64,000 bases of DNA. It comes from Thermodesulfobacteriota bacterium. Lineage in GTDB: Bacteria > Desulfobacterota_D > UBA1144 > Nemesobacterales > JAJCZQ01. A program made the translations under genes and the position numbers. Numbering within the stretch: the first letter of the stretch is position 1; each line of letters begins with the position of its first letter. This document shows positions 44,399 through 53,831 of this stretch, piece by piece. The notes under the pieces are model-generated. The model made no database searches. It was not told the origin of the DNA and saw only the letters and a list, made by a program, of their open reading frames with translations. The stretch covers positions 384,001 to 448,000 of the forward strand of contig OZ244044.1 in NCBI GenBank assembly GCA_965215275.1, in the 5' to 3' direction.

Positions 44399-47057
44399 AC
44401 TCTACAGGTGTTATCGGACTGCCTGCTATGTATTCCTGATCAGCTATCTTTTCACCGCTGAGGTCTGGCATGATGTCAGCTAATATAGTGATCCCGAACG
44501 TCAACGCGGCTGTATCTCTATCTTTGTCTGTTACAGTATATGTGTAAGTAGTCTTACTCATTGCAGTAGTGGGTGTGCCGTTTAGCACTCGGGTAGCACT
44601 GTTAAAGATAAAACCATCCGGCAATAACGGATTTAGTCTATAAGTTAATGTTCCATTCCCTCCCGTTGCCCCAGGCAGCGTTACCGGTGTTATAGGAATT
44701 CCTGCTATGTACTCCTGGTCATCTATCTTTTCACCGCTAAAGGTTGGCATCGCGTCTGCCAGTATCGTGATACCGAACGTCAGATCATCCGTATCCCCGT
44801 CTTCGTCAGTTACGGTATACGTGTAGGTATTCTCAGGCGCCGCAGTGGTCGGCAGACCGCTTATTACTCGGGTAGCAGGAGCAAAACTCAATCCAGTCGG
44901 CAATGTCGGAGTTAAAACGTAAGTTAATGTTCCATTCCCTCCCGTCGCCTTAGGCAGCTTTACAGATGTTATCGGACTACCTGCTATGTACTCCCGATCA
45001 CCTATCGTATCACTGCCAAAGTCCGGTATTGTGTCACCCTTCTTATGACCATAAACTTTAATGCTCCACGAGTGTAAAGTCCCGGTATCTGCCTCTTGAG
45101 TATCAGTGATATTCAAACTCCATTCTCCAGCAGGGTCTTCTCCCAAGTGTCTGGCTGAACCAAAACGATGGGTTTGATCGGTATAACTAAAATCATCTCT
45201 TAATAATACTCTTTCGACGTCGTCCGTACTTTCACTAAGAACACTGGACTCTTCTACAAATCGCCTGACCAGCTGCGACACGGTACCGGCAGGGGACGTT
45301 ACCTGTATATTTAAATCCGGTAAGAAAGTGTGAGAAAGAACGAGTTCAACCTCTGCAAATTCCATAAATGAAAGTTCCTCACTATCGGGTACGGTCAGCG
45401 TGGATACAATTGTTCCGTCTGTTCCACCTGTGTGATCGAGGATCGCTGTATCCCCGTCTTCGGAAACGAACGTCCGAGTTGCCATTGCTCCAACGCGGTC
45501 CCAGCTTCCCGCAAGTTCCACTGCCGCCTCGGCATCCACTACCCCAAAACCGTACTTTGGATTGTAATTATAACTGTCCGTATCAGAACCGTATTTGAGT
45601 GCTCCCATCTCCCAGTCAGGGTCAGAAACGTCGTTCTGCCGTGCTGAAGCCGCCAGGATCAGCTTCAGGTCCCTCCAGCTAAGGTCACCGTTTGCCTCCC
45701 GCATCAGTGCCGCAACCCCTGAAACCTGCGCAGCTGAATATGACGTGCCACTGACCCTCAAAGCATAGCGGTCCTTATTATCCGTCGTTGTAATATTCAA
45801 ACCCGGAGCACATACCCACAGATTTACTCCCTCTTCCGAAAAAGAACTTTTAGTCCCGTCACCATCTACCGAACAGACGGTAGTTACAGCGTAGTAGTTA
45901 GAGTATTCATCAAAATTAGCTTGATCGTATTCATGGGCAGCATTTTGAGATTGAGAGCCGTATGGTGGAACAGTATCAAGCAGGTCGTGCAGATAACGGA
46001 ACCTGTCATACCCGTCTCCAGCCGCCCAGACGTAAAATACTCCCTTACCACCGAACCCTTCCCTGATACCCGTTTCTACACCTTCCTCCCACATGGCCGA
46101 AGCACTCTGAAGAACCGGTATATCCTCCGGTCCCCAGTTGTTACTGGAAACCGCCGTTACAATATGATTACGGGTCATTGCATCTTTCGCGTTAGCATCA
46201 CTGAAATTACCTGCCAAATTATAACTATAGATGCTCGCCTGTGGTGCTACACCTCTCACACCAAGCTGGTTATCACCCACTCCTGCTATAATGCCTGCTA
46301 CTTGTGTACCATGAGAACTTGAAGGGTTGAATACATTTCTGTTTCCAGAGTAATAACGGTTCAGGCTGGGATTTACATTGGCAGCTAGGTCTTCATGATC
46401 GGGGTCCATACCATTATCTACCACAGCCACGTTAATTCCATTTCCAAATACTGCATCATTCCAGACCCCCTCTATGTTTATATCTTCTCCGGCGGCTATT
46501 GCCTGCCCGTTAAAACTCAGCTGCCCCGTATTTTTCAGATGCCACTGACACCCGTATAAGGGATCATTGGTAAAATTGGTAGTAATGCCTCTGCAATCAG
46601 ATAGCAAAGTATTATAATCAGTATCTGTTGCAACTGTAAGCCGGTAACTATCAGCACCGCTGCTTCTCACAACGATATAGTACGTTCCGGGTCTGAGGCG
46701 GGTTTGTATAGTGGCCATACCGGACATAGTCACTTCAGTAGTACTTGCTATCAGATCATCATTGCTGTCACAAAGCTGTAAACTGTATTCTCGATTATTA
46801 TTGGTGAAGGTTGTCTCTATTTCTACATTGATGTCAGATGCCGGGGCTATCTGAAAATATTCCAGTCCACCGGCACTTTCAAAACTTCCATCGTGTGCCG
46901 CTGCGTCCACTGTCAATGTGGCTTCAACCGTTGCACTGGAGTCGCAATTATTATCACTGGTCTGACCATATGCACCTATGGACATAAAACATAGAAAAGA
47001 AATTAACAGTAAAACTGCTGGTATGATATTCCTTGCAGTAACGATGAATTTTTTCAT
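43581..47057 (-). CDS. Paralog E: kexin-like S8 protease with intact triad, N-terminal PPC-like domain, P-domain and Ig repeats; truncated before the anchor
   Basis: VAVVDNG, SHGTQVAG, SGTSYSA; oxyanion WAAGDG; RBS AAGGTGA before ATG 47057. Confidence 0.9.
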   Translation of the reverse strand: MKKFIVTARNIIPAVLLLISFLCFMSIGAYGQTSDNNCDSSATVEATLTVDAAAHDGSFESAGGLEYFQIAPASDINVEIETTFTNNNREYSLQLCDSNDDLIASTTEVTMSGMATIQTRLRPGTYYIVVRSSGADSYRLTVATDTDYNTLLSDCRGITTNFTNDPLYGCQWHLKNTGQLSFNGQAIAAGEDINIEGVWNDAVFGNGINVAVVDNGMDPDHEDLAANVNPSLNRYYSGNRNVFNPSSSHGTQVAGIIAGVGDNQLGVRGVAPQASIYSYNLAGNFSDANAKDAMTRNHIVTAVSSNNWGPEDIPVLQSASAMWEEGVETGIREGFGGKGVFYVWAAGDGYDRFRYLHDLLDTVPPYGSQSQNAAHEYDQANFDEYSNYYAVTTVCSVDGDGTKSSFSEEGVNLWVCAPGLNITTTDNKDRYALRVSGTSYSAAQVSGVAALMREANGDLSWRDLKLILAASARQNDVSDPDWEMGALKYGSDTDSYNYNPKYGFGVVDAEAAVELAGSWDRVGAMATRTFVSEDGDTAILDHTGGTDGTIVSTLTVPDSEELSFMEFAEVELVLSHTFLPDLNIQVTSPAGTVSQLVRRFVEESSVLSESTDDVERVLLRDDFSYTDQTHRFGSARHLGEDPAGEWSLNITDTQEADTGTLHSWSIKVYGHKKGDTIPDFGSDTIGDREYIAGSPITSVKLPKATGGNGTLTYVLTPTLPTGLSFAPATRVISGLPTTAAPENTYTYTVTDEDGDTDDLTFGITILADAMPTFSGEKIDDQEYIAGIPITPVTLPGATGGNGTLTYRLNPLLPDGFIFNSATRVLNGTPTTAMSKTTYTYTVTDKDRDTAALTFGITILADIMPDLSGEKIADQEYIAGSPITPVELPEAAGGNAPLTYSITPPLPTGLDFDPDTRVISGTPTTAASRTAYTYTVTDEDGDTDDLTFGITIAANEVPGFSDTIDDQEYIAGTATNLPVTLPEAAGGNAPLTYSITPPLPTGLDFDPDTRVISGTPTTAASRTAYTYTVTDEDGDTDDLTFGITIAANEVPGFSDTIDDQEYIAGTATNLPVTLPEAAGGNAPLTYSITPPLPTGLDFDPDTRVISGTPTTAASRTAYTYTVTDEDGDTDDLTFGITIAANEVPGVHSRNSNKPSGNTA

Positions 47058-47088
47058 TAGATTAATCACCTTTTAAGATTTTGTTCTG

Positions 47089-47240
47089 TTAATGTAGTAA
47101 TTTAGGGGAATTATAAAAAAGCTGACAAAACCCTACTGACGGGGGGGGGTGGGGATATGGAAACACGCTTTTTACATCTGATCTTTTTATGAAATTTTTC
47201 ATAATTCTGATATTCTACTTCTGCTCTGCCGTGATGTCAA
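47089..47240 (-). promoter_or_regulatory. Promoter TTGACA-N17-TAGAAT with a 37-aa leader ORF (ATG 47202) containing a C9 tract (47141..47149)
   Basis: Same leader architecture as the other paralogs; an in-frame TAA just upstream of E prevents fusion. Confidence 0.6.
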
Positions 47241-47251
47241 GTATAAATTTT

Positions 47252-47450
47252 GGGAATTATATGCAATAGTGACGAAGTTTGAATCATCTCCTGTTTTTTG
47301 AACGTTCAGCAATGTCTTTCTTTACATCCTTCTTTTTTTAACGTTGACAGGCTGGAGGATAGCTTTTTATCTCCTTTTGTCGGTTCATAACTGCCCGGTA
47401 AGACCTCTATTGTTTTTTTCCTGTCCGTCATTGCAAGTTTCTTTTATTTG
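47252..47450 (-). mobile_element. Right-end remnant of IS-1 (TIR + decayed passenger ORF)
   Basis: Reverse complement of about 13305..13537 with substitutions and a deletion. Confidence 0.82.
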
Positions 47451-47541
47451 AATGGACATAAAACGTATAAAAGAAAATAACAGTAAAACTACTGATATGA
47501 TATTCCTTAAGGTGATACTCTTACAGTTATTCATGCCTGTT

Positions 47542-48153
47542 TTACTTGGTTACAACTTCCTGCCACCAGTTAGGACTGGACAAAATCACTCCATCCTTCC
47601 CTGACAGTTCGTTCGCAAGATGAAGAGATGCAAAACCTGATTCGGTATTCACGAAAAACGCATTCTTTGTAAAATCCATCTTCGATACTCCATCCATAGA
47701 TATTCCATTACCTGCAAAAAAAACTTCCATCTCCTCTCGGCTCAATTCAGGTGCAAAAACAAGCACAACCCCTCCAGGCAAAGTCATTAACTGTCCTGAC
47801 TGCCCCCGAAACACCTGATAATCATCCTCACCGTTTTTAACCTGCTTCCTGACTATGCTCATCTGTCCACTCCTTACAATTACTTCATCCTCTGGCCTGT
47901 TCACACTGCTCTTCTGTACCGCTAATCCCGGCTGTACGCGAACCCTTCTGGTTATATCCCCGTCCTGCCATATATAAACGGTGCCTTCTTCAGAGGCTAC
48001 CGCACCTCTGTCTGTTTTCAGCATATCCCTGTTATAAACCCCAGGCTCCGCTGAATGAGAACTGTCCAACACATACACAACGCTCATTGATAATATCAAT
48101 GCAGTAACGATGGACCCTGAAATAAACTTATGCAAGAGGTTAGTTAAATTCAA
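47542..48153 (-). CDS. Exported protein, probable stand-alone S8 chaperone/propeptide
   Basis: N-terminal hydrophobic signal; prodomain-like end (GGVVLVF...ASLHLANEL...VILSSPNW); directly upstream of the only active S8; own promoter TTGACA-N17-TACATT at 48186..48214. Confidence 0.55.
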   Translation of the reverse strand: MNLTNLLHKFISGSIVTALILSMSVVYVLDSSHSAEPGVYNRDMLKTDRGAVASEEGTVYIWQDGDITRRVRVQPGLAVQKSSVNRPEDEVIVRSGQMSIVRKQVKNGEDDYQVFRGQSGQLMTLPGGVVLVFAPELSREEMEVFFAGNGISMDGVSKMDFTKNAFFVNTESGFASLHLANELSGKDGVILSSPNWWQEVVTK

Positions 48154-48221
48154 TTTAGTGATAACCTTTCAAGATTTTGTTCGCTAATGTAACTAACTGC
48201 TGTTTACTTGTCAAATCAAAC

Positions 48222-48457
48222 GGGAATTATATGCAATAGTGACGAAGCCTGAAGCATTTCCTGTTTTTTGAACGTTCAGCAATGTGTTTCTTTACATCCT
48301 TCTTTTTAACGTTGACAGGCTGGAGGATAGCTTTTGCTAAGTTGTATCAATAGAAAACGGATGCTCTTTCTCTTATTCTGTCGGTTCATAACTGCCCGGT
48401 AAAATCTCTGTTGTTTTTTTCCTGTCCGTCATTGTAAGTTTCTTTTATTTAAGTGGA
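48222..48457 (-). mobile_element. Second right-end remnant of IS-1
   Basis: GGGAATTATATGCAATAGTGACGAAG followed by a decayed passenger ORF. Confidence 0.82.
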
Positions 48458-48796
48458 CTATTTAATGACCTAAAAAGTTCTAACTGCTTGTTATCATTAA
48501 CTGTTAAATTTAGATCAGTTTTAAGTTTAGGATAATATACTTTTAGTTTAAACAGGATGTTCAGAAAATTACATATACTCATTAATGCCTTCTGTTGCAT
48601 CTCTTGTTGTCTCAATTATTTTTCCGCAGTAATGAACTTCTCAGTTCAGAGACCGTTCGTCCCGTTCTTTCAACTCGTTCAGAACGTCAGGACGGTTTTC
48701 AATACACGGTAATACAGTCGTTCTTTTCAACGAAGTGATAACTGATATAAAAAAACCGGGCTGTAATTCTTTCTCGGAAATGCCTTTGAAAGGACC

Positions 48797-51700
48797 TCAT
48801 TGCCAGGTCTTTATCTGAGACCTTCTCTTCCTTCTGATCACTGCTGATACGGGTACAAGCATCAGACATGCCACTGCTCCGAGCATATCAGGAACAATGC
48901 TGCTCTGATCTGATACAGCACATCCTCCTCCGCCTGAATCAGTACCTGACCCTGGCGGGCTTCCCGTTGGTGGTGAAGGAGCAGATGGAACCTCTACACT
49001 GAGCCTGAAACTCACCTCATCCGTATCTTCATCCCTGTCCGTTGCCGTATACGTGTAAGAAGCAGCAGATGATGCACGGGTGGGTGTCCCACCACTTATA
49101 CTTCTGGTGCTGCCGTTAAAACTCAATCCAATAGAGGATAAAGCAGGCGTTATACTGTAAGTAACCGGTAAATTCCCTCCCGCTGCCTCTGGCAGTTCTA
49201 TTGTTTCCCCCGTGTACACCTGATCTGGTATTGTCACACCGCTGAAGTCAGGTTTGCTGTCTTCTTCCGTTGTTATACTGAACGTTAACTCTGCTGTATC
49301 TTCATCTAAGTCTGTTGCTCTATATGTATACTCAGTCTCAGACGTTGCAGCAGCAGGTGTGCCACTTAACACTCTGGTATTTGCGTTAAAGTTCAATCCG
49401 GTTGGTAACACAGGTGCTATACTGTAAGTTAACGGTGGATTCCCTCCCGTTGCCACGGGCAGCGTTACCGGCGTTATCTGACTGACTGCTATGTACTCCT
49501 GATCATCTATAGTCTCACCGCCGCCGAAACTCGGTTCCGTGTCAGCTAATACAGAGATGCTGAACATTGTCTCATCACTATCTCCATTGCTGTCCGTTAC
49601 CTTATACGTGTAATCAGTAGCAGGTGTTGTGGTCGCGGGCGTGCCGCTTATTACTCGGGTGTTACTGTCAAAATCCAATCCATTTGGTAAAAAAGGTCTA
49701 TTTAAAACAGTTAATCTTAATCTATAGGTTAATGGAGCGTTCCCTGACGTTGCCTCTGGCAGCGTTACCGGAAGACCTGCAGTTGTCCCTTCAATATATA
49801 TCTGATCAGGGATTGACCTATTACCAAAACTCGGCATCGAGTCAGTTTCTACCGTAATAAAGAAGGTCAGACTATCAGAATCAGCATCATCAGTATCGGT
49901 ATCAGAGTCTGTTACCTTATAAGTATAAGTTCTTCTGGAAGTTAGAGTATCTGGAGTTCCAGTTATCTCTCGGGTGTTACTGTTAAAGTTCAATCCATTA
50001 GGTAAAGCAGGAGTTATACTGTAATTTAAAGTTCCATTCCCTCCCGTTGCCTGAGGCAGTGTTAACGTTACTGCTCTGCCGTTAATAAACCCCTGATCCT
50101 CTACCGTCTGACCGCCGAAGTCCGGTGCGTTACGTTCTACCGTAATAGAGAAGGTCACACTATCTTCATCACCGTCGTCGTCTCTTGCAGTATACGTATA
50201 ATGCCAAGTTCGAGGAAGGATATCTGGTCTGACGTCGATTGTCCCGCTTATCACTCGGGCAGCAGGATCAAAACCCAATCCATTAGGTAAAGCACCGGTT
50301 AAACTGTAAGTTAAAGTTCCATTCCCTCCCGTTGGCTCAGGCAGGGTTAACTTTACCGTTCTGCCGTTAACGTACACCTGATCCTCTGCCGTCTCACTGC
50401 CGAAGTCCGGCATCCTTTCTCTTTCTACCCTGATACTGAAAATTAATTCACCTTTATCTCCATCTGCGTCTGTAGCAGTATATTTATAGCCTCTCCTTAT
50501 ATGTCCATCTGGACCTATTAAACGGACTCTGAGTGTCCCGCTTATAGTTCGGGTGTCATCGTTCCAGTCCAATCCACTATGTAAACTAAGCTGACCTGAA
50601 TTGTCATTATCCGTTAAACTGTAAGTATATGGAGTATTCCCTCCCGTTGCTTCAGGCAGGATTAACGTTACTGTTGAACCATTACCATATGTCTTATGAG
50701 GAATTGTTCCAGTAAAGGCTAAAACTTTAGGAATTGCCTCTTTAGCAAAGTCCGATACGGTATCCCCCTTCCCGTGCCCGTATACCCTAATGCTCCAGGA
50801 GTGCAGGGTCCCCGTATATTCTGCTTCTTCATCTCCGGAAGCAGTATCGGAGATCCCAAGGGTCCATTCTCCGGAAGGGTCTTCCCCGAGGTGTTTTGCC
50901 GACCCGAAACGATGTTTTTTTCTCAGGTAACTGACGCAGTTTTTTTCTTCATTCGAAGGTCCCCTTGCAGACTCCCGCACAAGCTCGGACATTGTCCCGG
51001 AAGGAGAGGTTATCTGTATATTGAGGTCCTGCAGGCAGCCACAAGAGAAAACAAGCTCCACCTCAACGAACTCCGTAAACGTTATTTTTTCAAGGTCAGG
51101 TATCACAAGTCCGGAAACAGGGACCCCGTCCGCCTCTCCTTCTCCATCAGGGATCGTCAGTTCATTATCTGAAGAAGCTGTAACGGTCCTCATTTCACCT
51201 ACGCCTTTCCAGTTTCCGGCAAGTTCTGTGGCTGCCTCCGCGTCCACCACGCCAAAACCATACTTATTACTGTATCTGTATCTTTCCACGTCGGAACCGT
51301 ATTTTACCGCTCCTGTCTCCCAGCTCGGATCAGAAACGTCGTTCTGCCGTGCTGAACCCGCAAGTATAAGTTTTATATCCCTCCAGCTCAGCTGGTCGTT
51401 TATCTCTCTCAGCAGTGCCGCCACCCCTGCTGCCTGTGCTGCTGAAAGGAACGTTCCGGAAGCCGCGGCGTAGCCGCCACCGTTATCCGTGGTCACGATA
51501 TCGGAACCCGGTGCACATACCCAAAGATTCACTCCCTCTTCTGAAAATAAACTCTTCTTTCCAGAACCGTCAGTTGAACACACCGCGGTTACGCCATGGT
51601 AATTCGAATGTTCATTAAAACCGGCCTGATCGTTATTCTCGTGCCCGTCCCCTGCTCCCCGGACGTAAAATACCCCTTTACCGTAAAACCCTTCCCTTAT

Positions 51701-52364
51701 ACCCTCTTCCACTCCCTCTTCCCACTCAGCTGAAGCACTCTGAAGAAAAACTCCGTCCTCCCGTCCCCGGTCGCTGACGGACACTGCAGTTATTTCATTG
51801 TTGCGGACCATTGCGTCCGCTTCACCGGGATCACCGGATAACCTGTAACTGCATATGTTCGCACCGGGTGCAACTCCCCTTGCTCCCGACCCGTTGTATC
51901 CGGATGCTGCTATTACGCCTGCAGCCCGCGTTCCGGAAAGGGATGGACCGTCGGAAGGACCGTTCCCTTCTGAACCGTTCTTTTCAGAAAAACTGCAGTT
52001 AGGTCCGGAACGGACGTTCGCAGAAAGGTCCTCATGTGAAAGGTCAATGCCGTCACTTGCTATTGCCACGTTAATCCCGGCACCGGATATCCCGTCGTTC
52101 CACACTCCCTCCACGTTTATATCCTCTCCCGCAGTCATTCCCTTTCCGGAAAAACCGGGCTGCCCAGTGTTCCTCAGATGCCACTGACATCCGTACAGCG
52201 GACCTTCCGCGTCTGAACTGATACCCCTGCATTCAGATAACGGACCTTCCAGGCTACTCTGGCCCTTTGCAGCTATTACCATTAGCAACAGAAGAAAAAA
52301 GATTAAAGAAAGGACTGACTTAGACGGGGGGGGGGGTAATGGAGATACGCTTTTTTACGTTCAT
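48797..52364 (-). CDS. Paralog F: dead S8 + P + Ig repeats + anchor; phase-OFF (C11 at 52326..52336; ORF track start 52288)
   Basis: ATG 52364 reads MNVKKRISITPPPV*; C10 would join PSKSVLSLIFFLLLLMVIAAKG; triad S/S/F. Confidence 0.85.
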
Positions 52365-52406
52365 TCGTTAGGGGGATTATATAGTTAAGTACCGAAGATA
52401 ATATAA

Positions 52407-52574
52407 CTATTTAGATTTATTAGATCTTTTACTTTTTGTTTTTTCATTGATATTTTTTTGTTTCTGTTTCTGAATAAATTGAGGATCAGGAGATAAAACT
52501 GCTCTTGTTATTTCCTCTAAAGTCCCTGGTATATGAGGAATTATCTTTTGTTTTCTACCTGCTGATCTTGCCAT
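52407..52574 (-). CDS. Small basic passenger ORF of IS-2 (55 aa)
   Basis: MARSAGRKQKIIPHIPGTLEEITRAVLSPDPQ... starts immediately after the transposase stop. Confidence 0.5.
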   Translation of the reverse strand: MARSAGRKQKIIPHIPGTLEEITRAVLSPDPQFIQKQKQKNINEKTKSKRSNKSK

Positions 52575-52575
52575 T

Positions 52576-53514
52576 TTAACTTGTCAGTTCCTTGTATCTA
52601 AGATGCTTTCCTGACAATCCTTTTATTACTTTTTCAATCTGATCCATTGTTGGTAATGGTCGGATATTATGTCTGCCTGCATACTCATCTACATAACGCT
52701 GCAGGTGTTTCTTACTCATCTTGTGATACACTCCCATGAACCCTCTTTTAAGCATAGACCAGAAACTTTCCATCCCATTGGTATGTGCCTGACCTTTTAT
52801 ATACTCTCCTGCACTATGATCAACCGTCTCGTGCTTATATCCCTTCTTACTCAGTCCGCTATACCCCAAATTCTCATCTGTATAGACCGTTGCTCCATCG
52901 GTTACTGTTTCTTTTATCATACTTTGCAGTTCTTCTCTTTTTACAGTCTCAGTTACCTTTGCTTTTACTTTCTTGTCTACCCTTGACTTAATACCTGCTA
53001 CCGAAGATTTGGTCTTAGTGCTTCTGCCCTGTGTCCCCTTTGCCTTCTTGCTTGCGTGTTTGTTCCTTTCCAGTCCTCCAACACGGGTCTCATCCATCTC
53101 TACCGGAGACAGTAATGAATCTTCCGACTGCTCTTCAAACGCCTTTCTTGTTCTGTGTCCTGAATACCAGGCTGTCGTTTGCGTAACCCCTGTATCCCTC
53201 CCCGGTTTACAACTCGATACCCCTTTCAGATCAGTATTCAGCAAGTAAACGGCCATCAGCCATTTATGAAGGGATATCCTGCTTGCAGATAATAACGTGC
53301 TGGTTCTTATACTGAAATGCCTGTCACGATCCTTACGTCTGTATGGCGTTGTCGGATGTTTTGATCTTGAAGTCCTTACGCTTCCACAACGGGGACAGTG
53401 TCTGTCCTCTCCTTCTTTTCCCCATAATGTGCTTTCAAACCACTCTCTTGCTGATACCTCGTCTGGAAACTTCTTAAAAAATTCATACAAACTGACTTTT
53501 TTCTCTCGTACCAT
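52576..53514 (-). CDS. IS1595 transposase with a decayed Zn ribbon/HTH
   Basis: EMDET, YTDE and HTNGMESFW motifs; second CxxC pair reads RKDR. Confidence 0.88.
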   Translation of the reverse strand: MVREKKVSLYEFFKKFPDEVSAREWFESTLWGKEGEDRHCPRCGSVRTSRSKHPTTPYRRKDRDRHFSIRTSTLLSASRISLHKWLMAVYLLNTDLKGVSSCKPGRDTGVTQTTAWYSGHRTRKAFEEQSEDSLLSPVEMDETRVGGLERNKHASKKAKGTQGRSTKTKSSVAGIKSRVDKKVKAKVTETVKREELQSMIKETVTDGATVYTDENLGYSGLSKKGYKHETVDHSAGEYIKGQAHTNGMESFWSMLKRGFMGVYHKMSKKHLQRYVDEYAGRHNIRPLPTMDQIEKVIKGLSGKHLRYKELTS

Positions 53515-53625
53515 ACTCTTTCCTCTCCTGCATATTTCTTTATCTTATCTACTGTTTTAACATCTTTTAATTGATAAATTTACTCATTCCCGGTACCTAA
53601 CTATATAATCCCCTTCGTTAGTTTC

Positions 53626-53654
53626 AGTGTAGCTAACTGCTGTTTATTTGTCAA
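53626..53654 (-). promoter_or_regulatory. Displaced promoter of paralog F (TTGACA-N17-TACACT)
   Basis: Removing IS-2 and one TSD places it 11 nt from ATG 52364. Confidence 0.7.
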
Positions 53655-53831
53655 GAACTGAAAAACAGCAGTATTATCAAGTTATTTGCTTATTTTATTT
53701 GTTAAAGTATATAATCCCCTTCATTTAACACCTCCCTACCCTTAATTTCCAGGCAATTTCCATATAGTTCCCAATAGTTAAGTCAGGACAAACGGTTGTT
53801 CCATAATACAAGCCAGTAACACAAGGTAACA

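Larger units (their letters stand above)
52372..53613 (-). mobile_element. IS1595-family element (IS-2) with a perfect 8-bp TSD TTCGTTAG
   Basis: TIRs GGGGATTATATAGTTA(A/G)GTACC; TSD at 52364..52371 and 53614..53621. Confidence 0.95.

Noticed and set aside
41218..44461. Twelve repeated 66-86 aa plus-strand ORFs (MYKPFCSL...)
   Set aside because: Antisense by-products of the 279-bp coding repeat
47089..47202. Poly-C frameshift control of active protease E
   Set aside because: An in-frame TAA just upstream of 47069 blocks fusion at any tract length, and E has its own RBS
13719..52364. Diversity-generating retroelement acting on the paralogs
   Set aside because: No reverse transcriptase gene; differences between repeats are not adenine-specific on one strand
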